DNA of 34,215 nt from Octopus bimaculoides (lineage: Eukaryota). Where the stretch lies: NCBI RefSeq assembly GCF_001194135.2, contig NC_069007.1, forward strand, positions 2,222,248 to 2,256,462, in the 5' to 3' direction. Under the pieces are notes generated by a model. That model was given only the letters and a program-made list of their open reading frames with translations. It did not search any database and was not told where the DNA came from. Positions within the stretch are counted from its first letter, which is position 1; every line of letters starts with the position of its first letter. Made by a program: the position numbers and the translations under genes. Positions 1 to 11,242 of the stretch are shown in pieces.

Positions 1-470
1 TATATATATATATATACGAGTGAGTATATAAATAAGAATGTGGCATATATATGTATGAGTGTGTGTCGGTGTTTATTTACCACAGACAGACACACACATA
101 TACACACACATATACACACACACAAACTGACATACATATATATGCATTAGGTGTGTGTCTATGTGGAATATATACACACATGTACCTAATTGCATATATC
201 ATTCGTTCTCTACATGTGGACATAGATGTTACGCATGCATGCAAGTACACAAGCAAAGCACACAAATACATGTATATATAATCACACACGCACATACACT
301 CAGTTATACTCATAATTGTATGTAGGTGTGTGTGTTTGTGGGTGTAATTGCATGTACGCGCTGACATCTATCTGTCCATCTATATATGCGTTTATAAATG
401 CTTACATACACACAGACACATGCACACTCACATATACATACAAACACATACTGCCTTTTTTTTTCTTCTT
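1..470. repeat. Degenerate (TA)n/(CA)n/(TG)n microsatellite field
   Basis: Mixed TA, CA, TG and CATA runs. The ORFs here are [12 protein letters not shown] artefacts. Confidence 0.9.
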
Positions 471-477
471 TTTACAT

Positions 478-660
478 GTTTCCGTCATTTGACTGCGGCC
501 TTGCTGGCGTACCGCCTAAAAGGGTGTTAGTCGAATAAATCGTCCTCAGGATTTATTCTTTGTAAACCGAGTAATTATTTTATCTGTTACGTTTGCCGAA
601 CCACTAGGTTACGTGGACGTAAACAGACCGGCATCGTTTCTCAAGCAATGACGGGCAGCA
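478..660 (-). mobile_element. SINE family A, 3' part (decayed)
   Basis: TTTGACTGCGGCCTTGCTGGCGTACCGCCT...TTTGCCGAACCACTAGGTTACG matches in-window copies at 29325-29392, 4650-4830, 14268-14410 and (inverted) 6030-6205. Orientation is taken from the tRNA-like head of the 25586-25823 copy. Confidence 0.75.
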
Positions 661-710
661 AACTCAATTACACACACACAAATAAATATATATATATATA
701 TATATATATA

Positions 711-1589
711 NNNNNNNNNNNNNNNNNNNNNNNNNNNNNNNNNNNNNNNNNNNNNNNNNNNNNNNNNNNNNNNNNNNNNNNNNNNNNNNNNNNNNNNNNN
801 NNNNNNNNNNNNNNNNNNNNNNNNNNNNNNNNNNNNNNNNNNNNNNNNNNNNNNNNNNNNNNNNNNNNNNNNNNNNNNNNNNNNNNNNNNNNNNNNNNNN
901 NNNNNNNNNNNNNNNNNNNNNNNNNNNNNNNNNNNNNNNNNNNNNNNNNNNNNNNNNNNNNNNNNNNNNNNNNNNNNNNNNNNNNNNNNNNNNNNNNNNN
1001 NNNNNNNNNNNNNNNNNNNNNNNNNNNNNNNNNNNNNNNNNNNNNNNNNNNNNNNNNNNNNNNNNNNNNNNNNNNNNNNNNNNNNNNNNNNNNNNNNNNN
1101 NNNNNNNNNNNNNNNNNNNNNNNNNNNNNNNNNNNNNNNNNNNNNNNNNNNNNNNNNNNNNNNNNNNNNNNNNNNNNNNNNNNNNNNNNNNNNNNNNNNN
1201 NNNNNNNNNNNNNNNNNNNNNNNNNNNNNNNNNNNNNNNNNNNNNNNNNNNNNNNNNNNNNNNNNNNNNNNNNNNNNNNNNNNNNNNNNNNNNNNNNNNN
1301 NNNNNNNNNNNNNNNNNNNNNNNNNNNNNNNNNNNNNNNNNNNNNNNNNNNNNNNNNNNNNNNNNNNNNNNNNNNNNNNNNNNNNNNNNNNNNNNNNNNN
1401 NNNNNNNNNNNNNNNNNNNNNNNNNNNNNNNNNNNNNNNNNNNNNNNNNNNNNNNNNNNNNNNNNNNNNNNNNNNNNNNNNNNNNNNNNNNNNNNNNNNN
1501 NNNNNNNNNNNNNNNNNNNNNNNNNNNNNNNNNNNNNNNNNNNNNNNNNNNNNNNNNNNNNNNNNNNNNNNNNNNNNNNNNNNNNNNNN
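711..1589. other. Assembly gap (879 N)
   Basis: N-run following a TA repeat. Confidence 1.
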
Positions 1590-1668
1590 GTTGTTGTGTA
1601 TTGTCTAAAAAACGTGTGGTTTCCTGCCAAGGAGTGATTAAAATTATTTTTGGATGGGTTATATGCAT

Positions 1669-1670
<2 letters not shown>

Positions 1671-1723
<53 letters not shown>

Positions 1724-1731
1724 CGCGCGCG
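1671..1731. repeat. (TG)n microsatellite ending in (GC)n
   Basis: About 24 TG units followed by GCGTGCGCGCGCGC. Confidence 0.95.
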
Positions 1732-1869
1732 CATTGCCTTGAGTGTCCTTTCAATATGTGGCCGACCGTGCGTTGACGGGCGTGTATGTTGTGATGGATG
1801 TATTGTTAAGGAAAGAAATAGGGTTTTCCTTTGAGTTTGATGTTTGCTTTTGTCCGATTTTAACCATGT

Positions 1870-2199
1870 TTGTTTTCAAGACGAGAGGTGTTCTTCCATC
1901 AGGGTAATGCTCTGCCATACACAGCGAGGCTGGCATTACAAAGGCTGGAGCAGTTTGAATGGGAAACGATGCCCCGCGCACCATATTCGCCGGACATTGC
2001 ACCATGTGATTTATTCTGCAGACTTCAAGATCATTTAGACGGAAAATATATGCATTCTATATACGATGTCAGAACAGTACTAGAGGAGTATCTTTCGTCT
2101 TGTCACGGAGAAGTGAATTTTGGATGAGGGACCTTTGCAAGTCTACCAGATGGATGGAAGAGAATTGTAGAAAATGGAAGAGGGTATATTTTAGATTAA
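1870..2199 (+). mobile_element. Tc1/mariner (DD34D mariner) transposase C-terminal relic, non-functional
   Basis: Reads FFHQGNALPYTARLALQRLEQFEWETMPRAPYSPDIAPCDLF...LEEYLSS, then after compensating frameshifts ASLPDGWKRIVENGRGYILD*. YSPDxAPxD is the mariner motif, and 34 residues separate the second catalytic position (here G, normally D) from the third D. Confidence 0.9.
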
Positions 2200-3244
2200 A
2201 AAGAGGTTTCTTTATCTTAATTTTGAAAAATATGTTTCTGCAATCTAAATTTTGTCATTGGAACTTTAAGCTTCATATAACGTCATATACAACCGTATTC
2301 GTTAAATGACACATGAGTTGAAGCGTGACCTCTCAATGTGAGCTAATTTATAATGATCCACTCACCACTAAATATACTTTTTTTTCTTTTTTTGCTTTCA
2401 AATATTAACCTCGGTTTCCTATACTTCTATATTCCGTATGGTCTAGGAGAGTCCTGTCAGTTGTCATTATAATAATTCTACATTTGAAGTATCATTTTAT
2501 AATGTGATCGCTATTAGTTTTGAAATCTAATAATTGATACCCAATCTCATTAATTTGGTTGAAAACACATTACATATAAAAACATTCTAAAGTTTTATCA
2601 TTAAATCAGACAGCACACTGCGGCACACTTGCGTATCATAACGAATTTTCTAAATTTTGCGTGCATTTAGTAAAAAAAAAAAAAAAAAAGCATTGAAGTT
2701 GTTTTCTGAAATTCATAGAAGCCATCGGATGAGAAATAAAAATACGTTGTTCATAAATCGAGAAAGATATGCATTTAAAATCACTTTGAAATCGTTTTAT
2801 GAGATACCAAACTTTTCGACGCACATCTGCGACACAGCTCCATTTCATCTTGTGTTTATGAAACTGATACCCTGAGCATGTCGTAGTCGTAAACTTTGGA
2901 CATTAAAGTATGTTTTTAACTGTGCATGCGAAGAAAACCAACGATAATTTTAATCAATTTTCAATGCGCCAGACAATCATAAAATATCAAAAGATACAGG
3001 TTGATAGTAATGTTAGATTAGTTGGTTCAGAACAACCTTGCATAGTTTGTGACACCCACCTATTGATGACATACGCATTACTTTACTTAATACAAGGGAG
3101 TGAAACAACTGTAATCCATTGCATAATTGATAGAAAATTAGACAGATAGATGTGCCCAATGCATTGTGTTACATCCAAGATGGCCCATCGTAGGTATTTA
3201 TGTACTCATGCGCATAAATTGCAAACAGAGACGAAGATATTTCA

Positions 3245-3277
<33 letters not shown>

Positions 3278-3515
3278 CACAAAGACAGACAGACAGACAC
3301 AAATACAGACAGACAAATAAATATATAGATATGTTTCTTTTATTAGACAGGGCCGAACACAGAGGGGACAAAATACAACGTAGAGCCATTCTTTTGAATA
3401 AAAAAAGATGCCGATCGAAAGGGATCGAGTATCACAGAAAATGTTACAGAGAGACAGGCAGACAGACAGGCAGGCAGGCAGGCAGACAGATAGATAAATA
3501 GATAGATAGATAGAA
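3245..3515. repeat. (GATA)n/(GACA)n/(GGCA)n tracts around a decayed repeat fragment (about 3335-3430)
   Basis: Tetranucleotide runs at 3245-3320 and 3448-3515. Confidence 0.85.
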
Positions 3516-3649
3516 ACAGCCATAGATACATGATAAACCTATTGAGTGATTGTTTGATTGATAGATCGTTAAATAGGTAAAGATACACACGCATATATGG
3601 AGATATATCGGATACGGTGGCCGTTTATCTTTTCGAATAGTCATCTCAG

Positions 3650-3702
3650 GCATACATATATATATATATATGCATACATATATACACATCCATGTATATA
3701 TT

Positions 3703-3741
<39 letters not shown>

Positions 3742-3820
3742 ATGATGTGCATGTATATATACATATATATGTATACAGATATATATATGTGTCTGTGTAT
3801 ATATATATATATATATATGA
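3650..3820. repeat. (TA)n/(TG)n microsatellite
   Basis: Direct inspection. Confidence 0.9.
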
Positions 3821-4154
3821 TTAAAAAGTTGTTTGATATCTGAGAATATCAAATGACATACTATCTTCTGCAAGCTAGAAGACAACATAATACGTTATAT
3901 AATAATAGTGTAGCAGGATTGAGCTGAGCTGTGTGATTATGGCCAATGCCCGTAAAGGAGAGTGAAGTGAGTTATTGCTGAACAAATAACAGGCATCAAT
4001 TGTTCAGCGAACGGACATAAACGAACTATATCCTGCACTGATGTACGTTCCCTGATTGATTAGATATAGATTTAGTTTCGATTAGTCCACCAGGATGAGT
4101 AATTGCCTCTGTTGTTGATGTTTGCCGTGTTGTTGGTGGTGTTGCTGGAGTTGT

Positions 4155-4215
4155 ATGTTTTAGCCCCAGGTCAGCAGTCATCGGGCAGACCTATAGTCAA
4201 TGTCCATCAGAAAAT
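4155..4215 (+). mobile_element. Fragment of a short interspersed repeat (family D); related inverted fragments at about 6600-6650 and 23430-23510
   Basis: TTTAGCCCCAGGTCAG...GCAGACCTAT...TCAA resembles the reverse complement of 23450-23505 (TTTAG...GATC..AGACCTA.GATCAAAG). 6613-6640 shares GG.TGG.CAC..C.GGA with 23437-23455. Confidence 0.4.
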
Positions 4216-4507
4216 TGTTCTACTATATGGAGTATATAAAGCATGAACAATCTTTTTCGAAATGCGGGCCGCATGAGGCCTGGATCCTCGTTAGCTGAAG
4301 CGCAAAATTACAAAAAGATTAAAAGTAATTTTTGCTTGGATATGACATTCGGAAAATCCTGAAGACGAGCATGGTACCCATGGCTCCTAGTATAGTAAAT
4401 TAATTTGGGTTTTCTTTTGTGTAGACTTTCTTGCAGCTAAAGTGACTAACAAGAAGTTCTGCCATAAATTCCAGTTTGAACAGCTTTCTACTATCTATCT
4501 GTGCAAG

Positions 4508-4560
4508 TTGACGAGCTGGCAGAGTGGTAAGTTCTCCAGACACATTCTTTCGAGTATTGA
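4508..4560 (+). mobile_element. SINE family B head fragment
   Basis: GACGAGCTGGCAGAGTGGTAAG contains a Pol III A-box-like TGGCAGAGTGG. Similar to heads at 6385 and (inverted) 26020-26042. Confidence 0.4.
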
Positions 4561-4649
4561 ACAACATCATGGCCGTTAAAATGCTAAAGACACTATTAAA
4601 ATTCACAAATAATTTTAAACATGTTTCTTTTATCTTTCTTGTGCTTTAA

Positions 4650-4830
4650 ATTACGGCTATGCTGGGACACCACCTTGAAATATTTTGAAGAGCAAAGCGA
4701 ACTTAGTACCTATTTTGAAGCCTTGTACTTATTTTATTAGGCTCTTTTGACGAACCACTAATTCACGAGAACGTAAACAAACAAGCACCAGCATTCTAGC
4801 TGTGGGCGAGACAAACACAGTCGCACAGAC
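4650..4830 (-). mobile_element. SINE family A, 3' part (decayed)
   Basis: GGCTATGCTGGGACACCACC...GGCTCTTTTGACGAACCACTAA...CGTAAAC..ACAAGCA is collinear with 495-640. Confidence 0.65.
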
Positions 4831-4859
4831 AAATCTATACACACAAACACGCACACATA

Positions 4860-4906
<47 letters not shown>

Positions 4907-5109
4907 NNNNNNNNNNNNNNNNNNNNNNNNNNNNNNNNNNNNNNNNNNNNNNNNNNNNNNNNNNNNNNNNNNNNNNNNNNNNNNNNNNNNNNNNNNNNNN
5001 NNNNNNNNNNNNNNNNNNNNNNNNNNNNNNNNNNNNNNNNNNNNNNNNNNNNNNNNNNNNNNNNNNNNNNNNNNNNNNNNNNNNNNNNNNNNNNNNNNNN
5101 NNNNNNNNN
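4907..5109. other. Assembly gap inside (TA)n
   Basis: 203 N flanked by TA runs. Confidence 1.
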
Positions 5110-5152
<43 letters not shown>

Positions 5153-5240
5153 TTACATACATGTATATATTCATATATTTACACACATACAACCACACAC
5201 ATATATGTTTAAATATTATATACATACATACATACTTACA

Positions 5241-5444
5241 TACGAGGTGGGTAGGGGCAAAATAAAATACAGGAGGATCAGTTAATTATAATTTTATTCA
5301 ACCTATTCCCCTCTCACATCACACACTTATTGCAGCAGTTCTTCAGGTTTTCTAAGCCCTGTAAAATAACTTGGAATCTTGGCCATCCAACTTGGCCTTT
5401 CGTGGTACCCTTAAAGCCAGGAACTTTTCAGCCCTCCAGTTGTA
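5241..5444 (-). mobile_element. Short non-autonomous mariner derivative (MITE-like)
   Basis: Starts TACGAGG and ends AAAGCCAGGAACTTTTCAGCCCTCC..TGTA (mariner-type termini, left one decayed). The minus strand encodes LQGLENLKNCCNKCV/VRGE*VE*, resembling the mariner C-terminus GxxKLxxRWxKCVxxxGxYVE*. Confidence 0.65.
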
Positions 5445-5839
5445 CATACAATGCACACAGAGACACGCATGTCACACAAAATACTCCTTGTTTGAGCAGC
5501 GCAGCCGATCCTTTTGTAGAAGTTTGTATATGATGTTGTTTTAAACCGCTCGGCAGATGTTTGCCAACGGGAGTATTAACACTGCTCCATCTCCATCCAA
5601 CAATTATATCCTTCATGTTCGGATGTGTGAAACGTACGAATGCCGGGAGCGAGGTCATGCCTGCTCAACGTTATGCGGGCGCTTGATGTCAATTAGTTTG
5701 AAATTATCGAAATAATCACAGAAAATTAAAATTTTGTGAGAATGCGTTGGCAACTATTTGAAATGCTAAAAGTATGATACATACCCGATGCTGAATGAAG
5801 GCAAAATTTTTACATATATATATATATATATATATATAT

Positions 5840-5939
5840 NNNNNNNNNNNNNNNNNNNNNNNNNNNNNNNNNNNNNNNNNNNNNNNNNNNNNNNNNNNNN
5901 NNNNNNNNNNNNNNNNNNNNNNNNNNNNNNNNNNNNNNN
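5840..5939. other. Assembly gap inside (TA)n
   Basis: 100 N. Confidence 1.
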
Positions 5940-5973
<34 letters not shown>

Positions 5974-6029
5974 GATATATATACACACACACACATATAT
6001 ATGAGGCTCGTTGTGTTTCTCCTTCGCAC

Positions 6030-6205
6030 CGATCTTTTTTCTTTACTGCTTAGTGGCTTAGTGACTTAGTAGTTCGGCTAAAGAGACCGATGCAAATAAT
6101 TAGTACAATAATTAATAAAAACAATTTCTATGACTGATGAGTGAGTAAACCCGTGCAGGCGGTACTCCAGCATGGCTGCAGTGTTATGACTGAAACGAAA
6201 TGTAA
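6030..6205 (+). mobile_element. SINE family A, 3' part
   Basis: TAGTTCGGCTAAAGAGACCGAT...AGGCGGTACTCCAGCATGGCTGCAGT..ATGACTGAAAC is the reverse complement of the motif at 478-610 and 29325-29360. Confidence 0.75.
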
Positions 6206-6384
6206 AACAGAATTCGACTGGATGCTAAACACCAACAACAAAAAACAACAGGTAATAGAGTGGATACCGGGACTGAAGAACGAGGGAGTTCCAATGTCAC
6301 ATGCAGTTTAAGACATGAAACTTCTCTCTGTACGTAATTCCATCAGGTTTCTAGAATTCGATATAGAATTAACGAGAAAGCAGC

Positions 6385-6560
6385 AAGAGAGGAGAAGCGT
6401 TGGCACGCCAGGAAAATGCATTTCGTCCGCCTTTTATGTTCGGATTTCAAATTCTGCATTTTCGGGGTCATTTAAATAAATACTAGCTGACTAACAGGTT
6501 TGGTGTAAGCGTCTTATCCCCTCCCTTGAAATTGCTGGCACTGTGCCAAAATTTTCATCC
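6385..6560 (+). mobile_element. SINE family B (tRNA-type head, possible Deu/Nin-type core), decayed
   Basis: AGAAGCGTTGGCACGCCAGGAAAATGC..TTCGTCCG...GTTCGGATTTCAAATTCTGC (B-box-like TTCAAATTC), then TTTCGGGGTC.TTTAAATAAATACTAG. An inverted decayed copy lies at 25900-26042. The Deu/Nin assignment is from memory and unverified. Confidence 0.55.
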
Positions 6561-6699
6561 AATATCGAATGAATGAAGCATCGAACAAGGTAGTCCTTTC
6601 CATAGAATTATAGTCGGGATGGCCACGGCTGGAGAACCTCTAATGATATCCTAAACAATAGCATATGGAACTAATTCAGTTAGTGAAGGTGAGAAATTG

Positions 6700-7150
6700 C
6701 TAAACCCCCTCTTCTTCCTTTTCTTCCTTTTCTCCTTCTTCCACTTCTTCTTTTGCTCCTCCTCCTACTCGTCCTCTACCCTTCCTCTTTTTCTTCGTCT
6801 TATAAAAGCATTTCGCCCCATGTGGTGCAGCATAGGAGATCGACGAGTTTCTTTCAAATATTCTGACTTCTGAACTGCAAGGCCTTTGTCTCCGAGATCG
6901 TTCTGGTTTTGAATGGTTATTGATGCTCCTGTAACACTGCATTTTGTCTAACCAGGTATGTGCTGTGAGAAGACGTACTTCGTATCAATCCGTCCCCCAT
7001 TGTTTGACCTGTCCAGCAAAGATGCACGACCAGGAGCTTAGTTTTCGCTGGTATATCTCTCAGGATATTAAGGGTAGCCAAACCAGCAAACCGCAACAAG
7101 GGCTGCACCTTGCAGTGGCTAACAGAACATACCCCGTTATATAAGATATC
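6700..7150 (-). mobile_element. RTE-clade LINE 3' end with (GAA/GAG)-rich tail
   Basis: The minus strand gives LLRFAG.. and later ...*KKLVDLLCCTTWGEML*, matching the RTE C-terminal WxxLVxALC pattern. It is followed directly by a purine trinucleotide tail (CTT/CCT run at 6705-6800 on +). Confidence 0.6.
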
Positions 7151-8565
7151 TGATGCGGTAGTTGGTTTTTCTCTTTATTTATGTCTTTGTTGTTTACCTC
7201 GAAATATTTTTGACTGCATAGAATTAGGACCAAATATATTTTAGCCATGGAAACTTGGTCTTCATTTTGAACATATCTAGGATTACATAATGTCCAATGT
7301 TTACCGTTCTGTATGTTTTTTAGGATAGTGGTATGTAATTTCAGTTCAAATTTTACTCTTTTATTATTTTCATTTCATTTTTCCTTTTCTCGTCTAATCG
7401 AAATCGTCGAGGCTCAGGCAATGGCGTAGAATTATTTATCAGCTTTATGTATCAACCACTTGTATTAAGTCTTCTTTCTTCCGTGCGTAGATCTACTCTA
7501 ACATACACACGCTTATGTTCGAATCTGTATGTGTCTGGGTGTTTGCATGTCTATATATATATTTCTATGTATGCATGTATCTGTGTATGCATATATATAT
7601 GCATGTATGGTGTGTATGTTTTACATAATATTTCGCAAATACAGAAAGGATATATTTTCGTGCAAAAGTTACCAAATTGCTTTACAGATTTGAATACATT
7701 ACATCGAATTACAATATAATGTACACGAGGCAACGGATGAGAAGAAATCACGGCATACATTTCAAAATAATACTCGTATTATTCTACACTATTTACATAT
7801 AAGTAACATATTTTTTACATTGTACAATATATTTGCTTGTTCATATTTCACATATAAATATGTATTTATATCTTTATTTTTCATATTAACATATGCATTT
7901 TTTATATTGTGCACATACATGAAAGTGCGTGTGTTTGTATACGTATCTAACAAAAAATCTAGCCGAGATCCGCATGCAGAAAATCGCAAAATGCTTCCTA
8001 GCAGATGATTTTAATATTTATGTTTTTATTCGGTAACAAACCAACCAGTTGTTATTTTGCATCGTTCAACACTTTTTAGCGTAATGTCAGCTTGACATTA
8101 TTTGGTCTCACTCTCATACAACATCACATTAACTTTAAGTATGCAATCAGTTGATGGAGATCTCCGATACAGAATATATTCTGTGGCACTCTGCCCCACG
8201 GAAGAGTCGAATCGGCTTGCAACAAATCACATCCGTAGCATTGACAACTCGCTATCATCCGAAATAATTTACGGCTGCTCCTTTGACAAGCCAGGCGTGG
8301 CTCTCACGAAGGCCTTGCACTAAACTTTGCAGAATACACACGTGAATATAGATTCATACGTACGAAAACTTCTATATATATACATATATATATATACACA
8401 CACACTCACACATGCACATACACACACACATATCTATTCATTTATTCTAGCAAAGTAAAATGCGTCGTGGTTTTGTTTTTCACTAAAACGGTGACCAACT
8501 AACCCTACTATACTGTATAGTCGACAAAATCAAAAATAGTGTGCAGGATTTAGGATGCACCACCC

Positions 8566-8575
8566 NNNNNNNNNN
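8566..8575. other. 10-N gap flanked by an identical 172-bp duplication
   Basis: 8394-8565 is identical to 8635-8806. Confidence 0.95.
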
Positions 8576-8784
8576 CACACACACACACACACACATATAT
8601 ATATGTGTGTGTGTGTGTGTGTACACTCACAAACATACACACACACTCACACATGCACATACACACACACATATCTATTCATTTATTCTAGCAAAGTAAA
8701 ATGCGTCGTGGTTTTGTTTTTCACTAAAACGGTGACCAACTAACCCTACTATACTGTATAGTCGACAAAATCAAAAATAGTGTG

Positions 8785-9907
8785 CAGGATTTAGGATGCA
8801 CCACCCAATGTCTGACATAGAAAGGCTTTATATCATTTACTTCAGATGCAAAGAAAACTGATACAAGTAGCCACGAAATAGCAGCACAGCAAAACACCTT
8901 CTCGGTCTTTAAGGAAGCTGACAGATACATAAAGGAAATCAAAGTACCTAACAATTATGAAGAAAAAGAATGAACAACAAAAGCTGTAAAGCAACTGAAA
9001 TCCAAACTAAAACTGGAACAACAATGGATCATGATAAAAGGAAGGCAAGAAAAGCCCCTTCATGGCCAATATTGAATTAAGCTAAACAGAAAAGAAATAG
9101 ACAACGCAAAACCCCAACAATAGCTGAACAGTTCAGGATTCAAAGGAGAAACTGAAGGATTTTTAATTGCAGCACAAGATCATGAGAAATCACCAAAATC
9201 ATGTAATGAAAAGAAATATAAGTAACCGCAGAATGTGCCGTGAAGGCGAAGGAACAATAAACCACATTGCTCAGTCCTGTCTAAGAAGGAATATATTCAC
9301 AGACACGACATTGTTGGGACGTATATACACTTGAAGCTATGCCAACACTATGGAATAACAACAGAAAAAAGATAGTATAGGCACAGCCCAGAGTAGCTTA
9401 CCAGAAATGAGAAAGCAACTCTACATTGGGGTATGTCAATACACATAGATAGAGAAACCAAGGGTAAAATACCGGTTACAGTTGCCAGAGATCATCAAGA
9501 AAATATGATTTCTAATCGATGTATCAATACCAAAAGATTACAATGTTTCTCTAAAAGAAACGGAGAAACTTTCAAAGATTTGGAAATAGAGGTAATTCGA
9601 TTGTGGCGTCTAAAAATAGAAACAATTCCTATTATGGCAGGCGCATTAGGTATGGTAAAAAAATAAATTCAGACAGAGACATAGCAGAAAGAACAGGACA
9701 TATAAGTATATATAACATGCAGAAAATAGCACTACTAGGCACTCCTATGTAAAACACATTCAATACAGTAGAAATAAGAGCATCACAACAAACCATAGCA
9801 CAAACCCAAGGAACACACACACACACACACACACACAATCCACAAACCACAGCACAATCCAAAGGCACACACACACAGCTACGCTCCGTAGTGCTGTGGA
9901 AGTACGT
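8785..9907 (+). mobile_element. R4/Dong-like non-LTR retrotransposon (REL endonuclease), 5'-truncated and decayed
   Basis: Frameshifted fragments: GFRMHHPMSDIERLYI; QEKPLHGQY; SGFKGETEGFLIAAQD; decayed CCHC knuckle RMCREGEGTINHIAQSC; KEYIHRHDIVGTYIHLKLCQHYG; KDLEIEVIRLWRLKIETIPIMAGALGMVKK; MQKIALLGT. This order (thumb, CCHC, RHD, REL) is typical of R4-clade elements. The 3' UTR follows from about 9770. Confidence 0.85.
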
Positions 9908-10426
9908 CTGCTGTTGCTGTTTCTTCTGTTCCGAGTACTACCAACAGGACTACCAACAGAAGCAGCACCAACTCAAACGCTCCCATATTCACCACCACTA
10001 CCGCTACGGACAACGCAGCACCACCACCTCCACCTATGCAAAGGCCACTACAATTAAACCTGTTGCTACCAATGCCAGCAGCTGTAGCCCACCACAACGC
10101 AAACAGCATTATTACTACTACTACCACCAAAGGCAAAATAAAGCAATAACTACTACTACTTTCACAACTATTATTACTGCCACTATTACTGCTACTACCA
10201 GTAATACTACAACTACTACTGCTGCTGCAGCTTCTACCACTACTAACGCTACTATGGCCACTACAACAACTACTACTAATACTAATACTATTACTATTAC
10301 AAGTATCATTACCACCACTATTACTACTACCGCCACCACCAATAAAATCAACTGCAACAACGACAGTAACGACTACTATGAGTACTACATCTACTACCCC
10401 CACTACTCCTACCTCCACTGCCATTT
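9908..10426. repeat. Degenerate trinucleotide tract (ACT/ACC/AAC/ATT/GCT)
   Basis: Cyclic trinucleotide mix. It explains the Thr-rich and Val-rich ORFs on both strands. Confidence 0.85.
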
Positions 10427-10623
10427 CTATTGATGATGTTCGTAATGATGCGCAGGGGGAGGACGGTAAGCAAATGTATCCACCTGCTCAGCAGCAATGT
10501 CGTCTTTGACGTTCTCTTCCGGTGCCGCTGACACGACAACACAAATATCCATACATTTCCATTATCAGGTTCCACACATCTTTATTAAACAATATACTTC
10601 TATATAGAAATATATTCTATAAT

Positions 10624-10654
<31 letters not shown>

Positions 10655-11242
10655 NNNNNNNNNNNNNNNNNNNNNNNNNNNNNNNNNNNNNNNNNNNNNN
10701 NNNNNNNNNNNNNNNNNNNNNNNNNNNNNNNNNNNNNNNNNNNNNNNNNNNNNNNNNNNNNNNNNNNNNNNNNNNNNNNNNNNNNNNNNNNNNNNNNNNN
10801 NNNNNNNNNNNNNNNNNNNNNNNNNNNNNNNNNNNNNNNNNNNNNNNNNNNNNNNNNNNNNNNNNNNNNNNNNNNNNNNNNNNNNNNNNNNNNNNNNNNN
10901 NNNNNNNNNNNNNNNNNNNNNNNNNNNNNNNNNNNNNNNNNNNNNNNNNNNNNNNNNNNNNNNNNNNNNNNNNNNNNNNNNNNNNNNNNNNNNNNNNNNN
11001 NNNNNNNNNNNNNNNNNNNNNNNNNNNNNNNNNNNNNNNNNNNNNNNNNNNNNNNNNNNNNNNNNNNNNNNNNNNNNNNNNNNNNNNNNNNNNNNNNNNN
11101 NNNNNNNNNNNNNNNNNNNNNNNNNNNNNNNNNNNNNNNNNNNNNNNNNNNNNNNNNNNNNNNNNNNNNNNNNNNNNNNNNNNNNNNNNNNNNNNNNNNN
11201 NNNNNNNNNNNNNNNNNNNNNNNNNNNNNNNNNNNNNNNNNN
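10655..11242. other. Assembly gap
   Basis: 588 N between (CA)n and (TA)n. Confidence 1.

Noticed and set aside
648-1734. Long ORFs of 200-360 aa spanning N-runs (also at 10522, 12069, 18139, 30048 and 32873)
   Set aside because: They are open only because N codons are not stops.
4255-4395. ATGCGG-G-CCGCAT palindrome and the CTGAAGA-GAGCATGG/CCATGGCTC hairpin
   Set aside because: The first could be a hAT subterminal remnant but no TIR is visible. The second lacks the GAAA needed for a hammerhead.
8102-8323. 73-aa ORF with short palindromes (GGAGATCTCC, CAGAATATATTCTG)
   Set aside because: It has a non-ATG start, no recognisable motif and no convincing splice sites. Short palindromes are expected by chance.
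9879-10433. 180-aa Thr-rich (mucin-like) and 181-aa Val-rich ORFs
   Set aside because: Both strands are open because of the trinucleotide tract. The ORFs begin within a LINE 3' end and show no domain signal.
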